From contig OZ024746.1 in NCBI GenBank assembly GCA_964016885.1, forward strand, positions 39,432,001-39,496,000: a DNA stretch of 64,000 nucleotides, in the 5' to 3' direction. Origin of the DNA: Eledone cirrhosa. Lineage: Eukaryota. This document shows positions 52,096-64,000 of the stretch, one piece after another; the stretch's first letter is position 1, and each line of letters starts with the position of its first letter. The notes below the pieces were generated by a model. That model was not told the DNA's origin and did not search any database. It was given only the letters and a program-made list of their open reading frames with translations. A program made the position numbers and the translations under genes.

Positions 52096-54367
52096 ATGGA
52101 AAAACATCATTGTGGTATGTCTTTAAAAAACATACCCATTCAGGGTAAAAAAGAATACATTCTTGGTATGATACAAAGGACCAACGAATTTATTCGGCGG
52201 ATTAGATGGAGGGCCTTCCACTTCGATAGGAAAAGGATTACACAAACTTCCGACACCAACAACGATAAGTTTGGTTTCAAATCCTACAAAAACCCACCCT
52301 CTAGCCCTCTTTTGGATTCTTTCGAACAGGACTTAATGAAAATGATAACCGGAATCAAATTTACAAACGGAAGGAAAAACGAACTGCAACGAGATATTAA
52401 AACTCTACTCGACAACCTAAGGAATACCAAAGGAATTATCATAAAGGCAGACAAAACATCGAATCTATACACCCTGGATGTAGAAACATATAATAATTTT
52501 ATACGTAAGGAATTACATAGGAAGTACAAAAAAACAAACGCAACTACACTAACCAACATTAATAACGCAGCATGTGATATTGTTAAGAAACTGAAAATTG
52601 ACGACAGAACGGCACCCCTATCTCCAGCTACACCGACTTTTAATCTGAAGGACCATAAGGATAACTTCGATACTAACCCTAAAATTAGATTAATATGTCC
52701 TTCAAAGTCCGATATAGGTAGAATCAGTAAGTACATATTAGATCGTATTATCCCCCAAGTTAAGACTAAGGTAGATATTAAATTATGGGGTAATACTCAA
52801 CAGGCAATAAGATGGTTCAATAACATTAGGGACAAAAACAAATCTTCTTTTATTCAATTCGATATAGATGAATACTATTCCTCTATTTCACCCGAAACCC
52901 TGCATAAGGCCCTCTCTTTCGCTAAGACTAACTCGGACCTCACAAACGAGGAAATTAATATTATACTTGAAGCTAGACGCACAGTAGTGCACTTTGAAAA
53001 TAGTTATTGGGTCTGCAGAGATAGACCCTCGGAATTCGACATTACGATGGGTTCTAATGATTCGGCGGAGGTCACGGATCTGGTTGGGATCTATATAGCC
53101 CACAGACTCCAGAGCGAATTTACGAACCTCCACGGCGGAATATACCGCGACGATACACTTCTATTAGTCAAGAATATGAACAAACAAAACCTAGAAAGGC
53201 GACGTAAAAACATTAGGAAACTTTTCTTAGAACTAGGGCTTAATATTACCTTCGAACACAATCTTAAGGTGGTCAACTTCTTGGATGTCACGTTCAACCT
53301 TAATAACGGTAATATAGAGCCATTTCACAAACTTAATGAAAATCTCAAGTACGTTAATGTAAAATCGAACCATCCCCATTCCATTATTAAATCTATCCCT
53401 AAAAATATATCCATAAGGACTCCCGACTGTCGTCTAATTTGCAGACCTTCAACGAGCATGCTGAATATTATAATGACGCACTTAGAAAAGCTGGTTACTG
53501 CGAGAAAATAGAATATCTAGACGATAACCACATAAGTACTATGAATAAAACACATCTAAGTCGAACTAGTATTGCACCACACACACACATCAATAGGCAT
53601 ACTAATAGGTGCAAACCAGCAAATAGAGTCAGACGTAGAGAGTACATATGGTATAACCCCGTGTACAATACTTCTATTAGCACTAAGATTATCTCACAAT
53701 TCTATACACTAATCAATAAACACTTTACAACTTCACATAAATACTATAAAATCTTTAACTCGCGCACCATTAGACTCTCATACTCCACTGCACCTAACAT
53801 AGAACAACTAATTAAAAAAACTCAACTCACCAATACTAAATAAGTACATCCCTAATGACTCAGCGCACCAGCATAGCAACATACAACGCACTAACACGCA
53901 ACTACAACCCCACCAAACTATCCAGGATTCTACTGCAAAACATAAAAATAATTGTAACTGCACCAAACCAGGTACGTGCCCACTGAATAACCAGTGCCTA
54001 GCACGCAATATTGTCTACCGATGTACAATAAATTCCGGAACCAACAAATGGTGTTACGTCGGATGTACCGCAACTTCTTTCAAAGCTCGCCTATACCAAC
54101 ATCGATCTTCGATCAGGCACGAGAAAATGCGCTCCGTAACAACCCTCGCCGATAAAGCCTGGCAGCTCCGGAGGAACAATCAAGCATTCTCCCTTGATTG
54201 GCAAATTATTGCTTGCGCCTGCATATAAGCAAAATCATCGATTCTGCAAATTATGCAATTTGGAGATATACTGCATTTTAACGTCGGTAAACAAACTTTT
54301 GAACAGCAAAATTGAACGTTCACTATACTGTAACCATCGTTTGAAAACGACTTTTTCTTTTTTTTAA
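52096..54367 (+). pseudogene. Penelope-like RT + GIY-YIG polyprotein with three frameshifts (~53418, ~53815, ~54217)
   Basis: SLKNIP, RIRWRA, ADKTSNLY, FDIDEYYSSI, DITMGSNDSAEVTDLVG, IYRDD, NFLDVTFNL, SNHP, IWYNPVY, CNCTKPGTCPLNNQCL, IVY...YVG, CKLC, CNH. Confidence 0.9.
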
Positions 54368-54787
54368 ATGCATATAATGTTACCTTTTTACACCACCGTT
54401 TGCAAATTTCTGTTTTATATGTTTATACACAAGATATGGCTTTCTATAATAATAGTACTAAACACTGTTTTCTGGACCCCTTTAGAAATAACCTGCTACT
54501 ATAATAGCCCCAATAACTTGTCTGTAACTCTGTACCACTTTGACCCCTTTAACTAAATTTTGTCCGAACAACACCACTAGAAGAATTTACCTCCCCCGCC
54601 AACCCTAACACGCCTCATTAAGCTAACTGCTGCCAAAACATTCTCTCCTTACAATCTCTACTAGTCTGACGGTCTTAAATCCTAGGACTCCCTCCACCTT
54701 ACTCACTTCCCTCTTCCCCTTCTCTTCCTACCTCCTTCTTTATCTTTTATCTAGTGTATAAAATATTTTCATATCATTCCAATACAA

Positions 54788-54904
54788 AGGTCTGACGACA
54801 TGGTGTGTTTGTTTGCAGTGTACCTTCGGTTTATGATAATATTTTTATATTATTCAAATAGTGAGGTATAGGTAACCCATACACTATAGAAACAATTGTT
54901 ACCT
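54788..54904 (+). ncRNA. Type I hammerhead ribozyme motif, extended stem II
   Basis: Stem I AGGT/ACCT; CTGACGA 54792-54798; 90-nt stem II; GAAA 54889-54892; palindrome ACAATTGT; GTT triplet. Confidence 0.75.
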
Positions 54905-54945
54905 AATAAATTCTTTATACCCGCATTTCCATTTCATAAACTTCT

Positions 54946-54976
<31 letters not shown>

Positions 54977-56077
54977 CCCCATATTTTTCATATATATATA
55001 TATATATATATATATGGGGGGGGGGGGGGGGCGTGTGTGTGTGTGTGATAACTGGCGGAGATCAATTTACATTTTACACGACCGGCTCTTATTCTATCGA
55101 CTAACTACGAAGGAAAGAAAGAAACACTCTGCCCCTGCGGGATATGAATTTAGTACGTAAATAAATGTATTTTAATTTCTACCATTTATGATAACTATCA
55201 TCATCACCATTGTAACTACACGTGAATATTCCTGACAAAGTCTCTTCACAATTCACGATTTCCCATTGCTCCTGACAATTGCTCCCTACTGAGGTTTGTA
55301 TCTAATAGTTGATTGATGAAGGTTCAAGCAAGTCTTCCTCTACTGCATTTCCCGTGCGTTGGTTCCCGCAATAGTAGTTTGTGTACAACTTGCTGCTTAC
55401 TTCTTTGAGCAATTGTAGTTGTTATCTTGGACAAGTTTCCGTATAAACTTTCATAAACGTTGATGCCAGTTTATGTTTTGTAGTAATGTTTAATAGTAAT
55501 TTTTTTTTCGTCATTATCTTTTATTTTGTTGCCTTTAAATTGCTGTATAGTCATTGTACACACGAACAAACTCACGGACATTTGACCGAATATCTATAGA
55601 TACATAACACTATTTACACAACGTCAATTTTCAATAGTATCTTCACTCAGAAGATAAATGAATTGAATTTGATCTTAATAATAACTCTCAGAGATAAAAT
55701 CTATTACAATATGCATGTATCTATTGCAAATCGTATTGTGTTGGTACAAAATATGATAGCTATAGTTTTCTCTTATCGAACGATATGATATGTTTTCGTA
55801 AGCTGGAGTTATTTTAACCTTGTATTATCCATATTTGGTAAAATAAAAAGGCTGTGAAATATTTCGTATATTTTACATAAGTTTTAAAAGAATGTTCATA
55901 GTCTGCTCATTTATTCGTATCAGGAGTGTCAGAATGATAAAAGAAAATATTGAGATTGCTGCATAGCATACACTCCTACTATATTTATAGGAATTACGTC
56001 ACTGCTGAGGAAATGCTTCATAATTCTGGGCAATCAGTGGCGATTTTCAAGTTCATGTTATTAATTTGCGATCCCAG

Positions 56078-56298
56078 ATGGTGCGGGATTGGCAGAACCA
56101 TTAGAGCGTCAGACAAATGCTTTGCGATATTTATTTACAGTCCTTTATGTTCTAAGTTTAAATCGACCCGAAGCCAACTTTACCTTTCTCCTTTCAGAGA
56201 TGGAAAAAATAAAATATAGTAAGATACTGGGGTAGATATAATCGATTAACTCTTCCCCACAAATTGTTGGCCTTGTGCCTAAATTAGAAATATTTTAT
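56078..56298 (+). mobile_element. tRNA-derived SINE, diverged
   Basis: TGGCAGAACCATTAGAGCGTC...GTTCTAAGTTTAAATC...GGCCTTGTGCCTAAATTAGAAA. Confidence 0.65.
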
Positions 56299-58657
56299 TT
56301 TCGGTTCCAGAGGGCGTTGTATGACAGAATCTTCCTTCTTGATACCACCGATTAACCAACAGGACGCAGGTCCCTACTTAAGTTCATGGATTTTCCTGAT
56401 AAATGCAAATGACAACTTCTCACCTATGCGTAGATAGTCCTCCTGGTTTCTTAAATTATATCTGTTTCACTCATTGTTTTACTAATCATATGCAATTATT
56501 TGTATGTTGTATAAATCAATTTTAAAACTTGCTCTTGCATTTTATCTCTTCTCTCGTTTTACACATAATTTGTTTATTACAACCCATGCGTCTTTGTAAA
56601 TCCCTTTTATTGTTTCATGTTTTGTAATGTATGAATGACGATGTATAAAACTGCCCTCAGTTCATAAGGAAATCTTCATAAAGGAAATCTTCCTTCATAA
56701 AGGAAATCTTCCTCCCATATTCTCATCCATATCATTATTATTACCGTCATCGTCAACTTCATCATAATCATCCAAATTATCACCATCGTAGTGGTCGTAA
56801 TCATAATCATCGTTGTTGTTGTTCTTGTTTCTTAATTGCATTTAGTTTCTAACCTATAAAAGTTTAAACTCTGAGCAATGATCATCTGGGACACCTTTGT
56901 AAACTTTCCCTTGCCAATTAGTCAATGCGGAATAATTTTCTCTCAATTTACTAATTATCAGATTGTTTTACACAACATTTTCTTTGTATACTGCAATAGG
57001 AAACAACAAACCCATCTCGATCCTTCTACAGACACGATCAATCAGTGCTCTTTACACATGACTACTTTCTTCCGTCTTAAATTATATAAGAAGCCAAAAT
57101 ATTTTCAGATATTCCTCTGATAAAGAACACGATACGTTGTTTAAAAAAAATGTGTGGAACCTTAAAAGATAGTTTCAGTTTCTCATAGATGTAACCACAA
57201 GTCAATTTACAACTCATTAGCTGTTTCGACAACTTAAGCTGGTCTAATAATGTAATGCCAACTCTGTTTCCGTCATGCTCATTGTCCGAAACGTAATTAT
57301 GGTTTTGGACTATTTTCAGGTTTTAAGATAATCGTAGTGAAGCAGAAATAGTATTTTAGCGTAATATAAATAACAAAGCTGTTTCCTTTTTTTTTTTTTT
57401 TCAATCATTAAGTGACCACTGGCTGAGTAAGTTCAGTATTGGAATACTGCCAGGAAGAGACAGTGGTTCGTATCCACTAAATCCAAGACTAAAATTCTTA
57501 ACTCCACGAGTTCTGATATAAATATTATGTACTAAACAGCTCCGTGGGAGTACAATGTAGTAATTGATTTCTTTTAGAGAAGGTAGTGGGATGTAAACCT
57601 GTGTTGTATTTTCTAAGACCATTAGTAGTATTAATGAAATAAAAGAGAGTGACTGACTGATGCATTTCAGTAAAGGCAATCATAACACGCTCTCTCTGTT
57701 CTGGTTTGTCCCTAGGATACGTCAAGTATAGTGTCGAAATGTTTTCAAGGCTAGATACGCTAAATTAGGATAAAGGGGGCAAGTAGGCTTTGGAAAGGCA
57801 CCCTTAAACGTGTTAATTTTTTAAAAATTAATTACAGGGCGTGTATTGGTTAGATGGTAAATATTGCTGCCAAAAAACATTTAGAAAAGATTGAAAAAGA
57901 AAGATGAAAATCATCTGACTACGAAAACCAGTTAAGAGCTTCCTTAATCATGTATAACAAATATTAATCGTTGCGACCAGCAGATACTATCACCAATGGA
58001 TAGATCAATGGAAACATTGTTTCATTGTTTTAATCTAACGATCGGGTCATTTACATTTTTTTTAATATTTGTATTTGAAATAGATAACATTATCAACTAA
58101 CATACTATGTCTAAGGTGGAAATGTTGCTTACTTCGTTTCATTTAAGATATCTAAAAATATTTGGATGATCATTTACTAATTTACTATATCTAACTTGTG
58201 TGATAATGTTATCTAATTATGTAGTGACCTTGCGTGTTGTTGCATTCATTGCGTTATCATAGGCCGCAGGGGATAATTTTATTTGTGTATTTTTCCTGTT
58301 TCTTTAATGAGGGTGACACATACTCAACACAGAATATAAACAAGCCCTGAATAAAAAAAATAACGACGGCACCAGAGTTTGTAAGAGTGACAAAAGTAAC
58401 ATATATCTAATCATGGATAAAGACAAAATATATTGCAATAATTAACAATCTACTCGACGATTTCCGACCTATATTTCAAATACTAAGCAATCCCTGGCGT
58501 CGAAGACGCTACTTTTTTCCTAAAATAAGTTTCGAAAATCTACCATGCGTCCTGGAGGCCGAAGGTTGCATTTTTTTATGTTTATTATTTTTTTCAAATT
58601 TTTGGTTGTCAAAATTAGGGTGCGTCCTCCAGGTATCTTAACAAGTATCTTAACAAA

Positions 58658-58756
58658 GTTAACTTTGCTTTTCATCCTTACGGGGGTAGATAAAATAAAG
58701 TACCAGTAATGCACTGGGATAATTGCTGGCCTTGTGCCAAAAGTAGAAACAATTAT
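58658..58756 (+). mobile_element. SINE 3' half
   Basis: Near identical to 46581-46678. Confidence 0.85.
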
Positions 58757-58816
58757 AAATAATAAATAATATTACATACTAAATTTCAACAATTATTTAA
58801 TGCAATCGGAAAAACC

Positions 58817-59270
58817 TTCTTCTTCTTCTTCTTCTTCTTCTTCTTCTTCTTCTTCTTCTTCTTCTTCTTCTTCTTCTTCTTCTTCTTCTTCTTCTTCTCC
58901 TCCTCCTCCTCCTCCTTCTTCTTCTTTGCCCATTTATTCCGGGAAGGGTCTTGGGGGCAGAGACCTCAAACACATCTTCCAGCGGATCCTGTCAGAAGCA
59001 ACCGTTTCCAACTGATCCGGTTAGATCCCCAAGTGAGACCAGCCAAGTTCATGATGTTATCTAACTATCTTGCTCGGAATCTACCCCTGGATCTCTTACC
59101 GATTGGTTTTGCCCGTAAAATCTGTCCAGCGATTCTTTCTTGAGACATTCTAACATGCTCATAATATCGGAGCTGTGATATCTCAAATTCATTTTATGCA
59201 ATATATCGTATTTTGGTTTCATTTGATTAAATCTCGGACTTAGTTAGAAGATGCCAGTAATGTATGAACT
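58817..59270 (-). mobile_element. RTE-like LINE 3' remnant with long (GAA)n tail
   Basis: Homologous to 2760-2985; (TCT)n at 58817-58925 is the tail on the minus strand. Confidence 0.65.
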
Positions 59271-59804
59271 GCTGTGAGTGAGATCGAGTAGAGGAAAGTT
59301 AAGACTAATGTCCAATTTCAATTTGTAGCCGGAGACATTAATGACTTTGAAAAAACAATGAATGTCAAATAATCTCGTTTTCTCTATCCGAGAAACCTAG
59401 TTTGATAAAAATCATTTCTGAAATGAGGAGGTTAAAGAGTCTGTCTGATGATATGGTGTGCGTGTTAATATATTGAGAGGAGCAAAGATATTACTTGTGT
59501 TAGAATATGTCTCGTGTAAGTCGGTCATGTATTGTCATGAATTTCAGTAAAAGAAGAAATGGAAGATAAATAAGGTCATGTCTTTTAGGAGGGCCAAAAG
59601 GTGGAGACGTATTTAGCTAACAAATATTTTATACGCAATGAAGCGAGACTGTCCCTTTAACTAGCTACAAAGTATGCTAAATATGCATCAACAAAGCTGT
59701 TTATACAAAAACAAGACACTCAATTAAAAGGAATAAAAAAAGGAAATGAAAAGAAGAAAAAGAAATAAAGAATTAAGCAACGAAAGAAAGGGAGAAAGAG
59801 AGAG

Positions 59805-60120
59805 ACAGGCATCACGCCCCAGTCTGAGCGGTGCCTCAGATGCGCCCCGTAGACAAAAGACAAATACATTATCGCGGAGAATGGTCAGAGACACCCGATG
59901 CAACAGCCACTCCACCTCATGGGACTCCCTCCTCAAGTGAGCTGCTGGTTTTCCTATTTGACGGAGGAAATCAGCAGTGAGAGATCAAGGACACCAGAGG
60001 TCTCGACAGTGACCGGTACAAAGAGAAAGCGGTTGGTCAGGCCCCGGTATCTTCCTCTTCTCTGCATTTCGGGCTTCGGAGCTCAGGTTTGTGGTCGAAG
60101 CGACAAGGTTGGAGGCTGAG
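59805..60120 (-). mobile_element. CRE-like (restriction-like endonuclease) non-LTR 3' remnant
   Basis: AEKRK...FVPVTVETSGV...RESHEVEWLLHRVSLTILRDN resembles FVP..VET.G...L.QR.S...QRGN. Confidence 0.6.
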
Positions 60121-60365
60121 AACAAGTATTACTTGAATCACGTAAAACGTTATCAACTGTTTTAATACAAACAAAAAGTCTTTATCAGAGCCCGATAACT
60201 TCAAACAATAAATGTTAGAAGTAACTTATGAAACTTGCAGGGGCCGGACGTTCGCCTGCTGAGGCCCTAAGCTATACGAAATTTGGAGCCCTTCTCTAAA
60301 AGAATATAATTATTATTTTTTATATTAATGTTAATGATAAACATTAAATATACCAACCCTACCAA

Positions 60366-60450
60366 GAGAGAGAGAGAGAAAGAGAGAGAGAGGGAGAGAG
60401 AAAGAGAAAGAGAGAGAGAGAAAGAGAGAGAGAGAGAAAGAGAAAGAGAA

Positions 60451-60509
<59 letters not shown>
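60366..60509. repeat. (GA)n microsatellite
   Basis: Read directly. Confidence 0.95.
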
Positions 60510-60511
<2 letters not shown>

Positions 60512-60701
60512 ATAATTTCAAGATAAAATTCCCTTTTTAGGGAATTATATATATATATATATATAGTCAACGAGTAAAAATAACACAGAAGGATACGGTA
60601 AAATGATGATATATACATGTATGTATTCAATGTATTTATGTATATATGCAGATACATTTAACCAGGAAGGGAAAAGGTGACAAATACACACACACACATA
60701 A

Positions 60702-60740
<39 letters not shown>

Positions 60741-60806
60741 GAAACAAATAGAGGAGTGAGAGTGAGATAGGTGGAAAGGTAGATCGATAGATAATGAGAG
60801 CGATGG

Positions 60807-60942
<136 letters not shown>

Positions 60943-61474
60943 TTAAATATTTCAGAACACACCTCTCGTATGAAATTGTGTTAAGTTAAACCATTGTCCG
61001 TGTCGTGAAGGTAGCATTGTACATATTTCAAATAGCTATCTTTTGTTAAGCTCCAAGAAATTTGTGGACAACAACAACAGCAATAGCAGCAGCAGCAGCA
61101 ACACCTACAACTACTCTAGCTACAGCAGTGTAAGAAATATGAATAACAAACCATCTAAAGTATGGGCCGTGTGCCTGACATGAACGCTATTCAAATTAAC
61201 ATAATTGTTTCAAGAAAAATATAAAAAATGAAATGATAATAAAAAAAAATGAGAAAGAAAATAAAATAATTAATGAAAGAAATGAATTCCATAGAAGGAA
61301 GTTTGAATTGCTGCATAGTTGTTACAATATATCAGACTGTCTTCCCTGATTGAGGCTATTGTCTTTTGTGATTCATTGTCATATTACACACTCATCGATA
61401 AAGCATGTATTCTACTACTCCTCTGTTTCTTCCTACTTCTCTTTTTATCTCGTTTCCACAATGAGCTTTTGAGT

Positions 61475-61790
61475 GACTCACGGACGAGGAGGGGCAGATA
61501 ACGAAATACCGGAACTTGACCGATCATTTCCTTTTCGTGCGGGTCGCCGTACAAATACCTGGTGTTTTCGGTCACCGAATTAACCGTTTTCCTCTAAAAA
61601 TTTGGAAGGAGAGCTTCCTGTTTGAGAAAGAAGCTCTGGGAGGTAAAGCAGCTGATGCAGTGGGTCTCGCTGGCCATTCTCCGCGAAAAAACCTTCGCAA
61701 TTTTGTCCGTGGGGCGCATCTGAGATATAGCCTAGAATGGTGTGGAGTGTCTGCCATTCTCTTCCTCCCATTACTTTCGCTATTTAACAT
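61475..61790 (+). mobile_element. CRE-like non-LTR 3' remnant, second copy
   Basis: KYRNLTDHFLFVRVAVQIPGVFG...VSLAILR; shares GGGGCGCATCTGAG with the reverse complement of 59836-59849. Confidence 0.6.
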
Positions 61791-61945
61791 TTTCTCTCCC
61801 TTTTAACGCAAACATTATATTATCCCATCTGTTCAAGTTGTATTTCCAAATGTAATTTATGGATGAGAACTGGGGATGGTTGCATCGATGGAAGTATCAA
61901 GCCACCAGCCAATCAATCAAAGTAAAAGACAATGAGAAGCCTCTA

Positions 61946-62261
<316 letters not shown>

Positions 62262-62509
62262 ATGATGTATAAAAGATAAATGCAGATACCTTGAAGAAGG
62301 TGGAGTGGTACTGATTCTACTATGAAAGATAGAAACGAATGTTGTGGCTTTTAAGTAGACAAACCACTTTAAAAATAATTTATTCATCATCCTCAAATCA
62401 CATCACACTGTCAAAAGAAGTACTTATAATGTGGCTTCAGCTTCCTTGTGCATACTGGAGAAGACGGCTCTGAGATTTTTCAACAATAACAACGGATCAA
62501 CAGCAATAA

Positions 62510-62905
62510 TCTTTTCTGATTTAGGTACAAGGCCAACAGTTTTGCGGAGGGAAAAGCGATTAAATCGACCCTAGTGCGTTACTGGTACTTTATTTTATCG
62601 ACCCTGTAAGGATGAAAGGCAAAGTTAACCATGGCGGGATTTGAAATCAGGATGTAACTTTATGCTGCAAAGCATGGTGTCCGACGCTCTACCGATACTG
62701 TCAATCCACAACAATAATAGTTGCTTCTACTTTAGGCACAAGGACAGCAATTTAAAGGGGAGGGGAAAGTCGATTAAATCAACCGCAGTACATTACTGGT
62801 GCTTTATTTTATCGACCTCGGCGGGAAATGAAATCAGAACGTAAAGGGCTGTAACTATATGCCGTGAAGCATGGTGTCCGATGCTCTACCGATGCTGCCA
62901 ATCCA
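62510..62905 (-). mobile_element. Two tandem tRNA-derived SINEs
   Basis: Each ends on + with GTCCGA(C/T)GCTCTACCGAT(A/G)CTG(T/C)CAAT, the reverse complement of the SINE head. Confidence 0.8.
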
Positions 62906-63784
62906 CAACAACAACAACAACAACAACAATAACAATATTACTCATCAATTAATTTTCTCTTTGCAAATCAATACTTTCTGGTTTCTTAATCGATCTGACC
63001 TGTATGTATGGATTATGTGTTCACTAATAGGAGTTATTGATACGAGGATAAATAAGGTTGGTAAATGACAGCTAATCATAACAAAATTGTCAACTGATCC
63101 GATATTTGGAAATTAATGAAAGGTGGAAAAGGACATGGCGAATTTGCAGATTTTGTCTTTTTATGAGATCTGTAAATCAAAGTGTGTGGTTACCAGGTGT
63201 ACTAAAGATGTATGAGTTTCTATCTTTTCACAAACATTGCACTAATTCAGTCGATAAAAAAACTTACAGAAGCCCATTATCTGAAGTGGAGTGTGCTTTG
63301 CCAACTTGTATTATCTCGTTAAAGATGATGTTTATTTCTTTTATTTTTAAGTTGATTTGATATTAATCACTTATTCAAAAACATGTATAAATATTTCATT
63401 TCAACGATGAGAGCTTCTGATGGTAATAAATGAAATTTGAAATTTAAAAAAGTAATAAAAATCTCTTAACAGAAAGAAATTAATCTCTGATGTTGGAAAA
63501 TGTGTCTTTGTTTAAAACAAAGCGAATTGAAACATCACATGTACATAAATAACTTTACAATGGTTCACATACTAACAGAAAATATAAATAGCTAACTTCT
63601 GAATCTAGAAAAAAAGAAATTAAGGAGATCTGTTGTGAAATTAGTTCATGAGGGTTATTTGAATAAACTCTTTAAAAATCAGTAAAAAACAAAACTACTT
63701 CTGTCCTAAAAGATATACTATATACAACAAGAGCGAAATTCTAAATATACACTAATTCGAACAATTGAACATCATTCGATGAAA

Positions 63785-63954
63785 TGGCAGTATCGGTAGA
63801 GGGTCGGACGCCATGCTTTGACGCATAGAGTTACGGCCCTTGCCATTCTGAGTTCAAATCCCGCCGAGGTTTCATCCTTACGGGGTCGATAACATAAAGT
63901 ACCAGTAATGTACTAGGTAATTGCTAGCCTTGTGCCAATAGTAGAAACAATTAT
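63785..63954 (+). mobile_element. Young tRNA-derived SINE
   Basis: Near identical to 33682-33860 apart from a ~10-bp deletion. Confidence 0.9.
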
Positions 63955-64000
63955 TTGCATATAATGATCCAGGATTTGCATGGCCGGTCGTTAGCTGGTC

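Larger units (their letters stand above)
51851..54949 (+). mobile_element. Near full-length Penelope-like element (Naiad-type) with direct pLTRs
   Basis: ~83-bp direct repeat TATAGGTAACCCATACAC...AAACTTCTTCTC at 51851-51933 and 54867-54949; RT + GIY-YIG between; microsatellite flanks. Confidence 0.92.

Noticed and set aside
53940-54900. Selenocysteine-encoding Naiad with a SECIS element
   Set aside because: All finger cysteines are TGT/TGC with no in-frame TGA at Cys positions; the ATGA in stem II lacks the paired GA and apical AA of a SECIS.

Overview
AT-rich eukaryotic DNA dense in microsatellites, with no host exon I can support. The tRNA-derived SINE family and repeat mix resemble an octopus/cephalopod genome, which is an inference. 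The window is almost all mobile elements: three same-strand Tx1/L1-type LINE copies in a (TATC)n array (one with an intact 1145-aa ORF2); three Penelope-like elements with Naiad-type motifs (one near full length with direct pLTRs, one 5'-truncated with a 1.3-kb inverted pLTR); a 5'-truncated CR1-group LINE with an open ORF; a decayed autonomous Helitron; a complete non-autonomous Helitron with a triplicated 5' end; pogo, RTE, CRE and R4-like remnants; many SINEs; and several minisatellites. The most notable signal is four type-I hammerhead ribozyme motifs in the Penelope pLTRs. They come from two families with dissimilar pLTR sequence yet share an atypical design: a 90-116 nt stem II, a C.A mismatch at its base with the A in a UAG context, and a palindromic minimal stem III. 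Most short ORFs in the supplied track are microsatellite translations.
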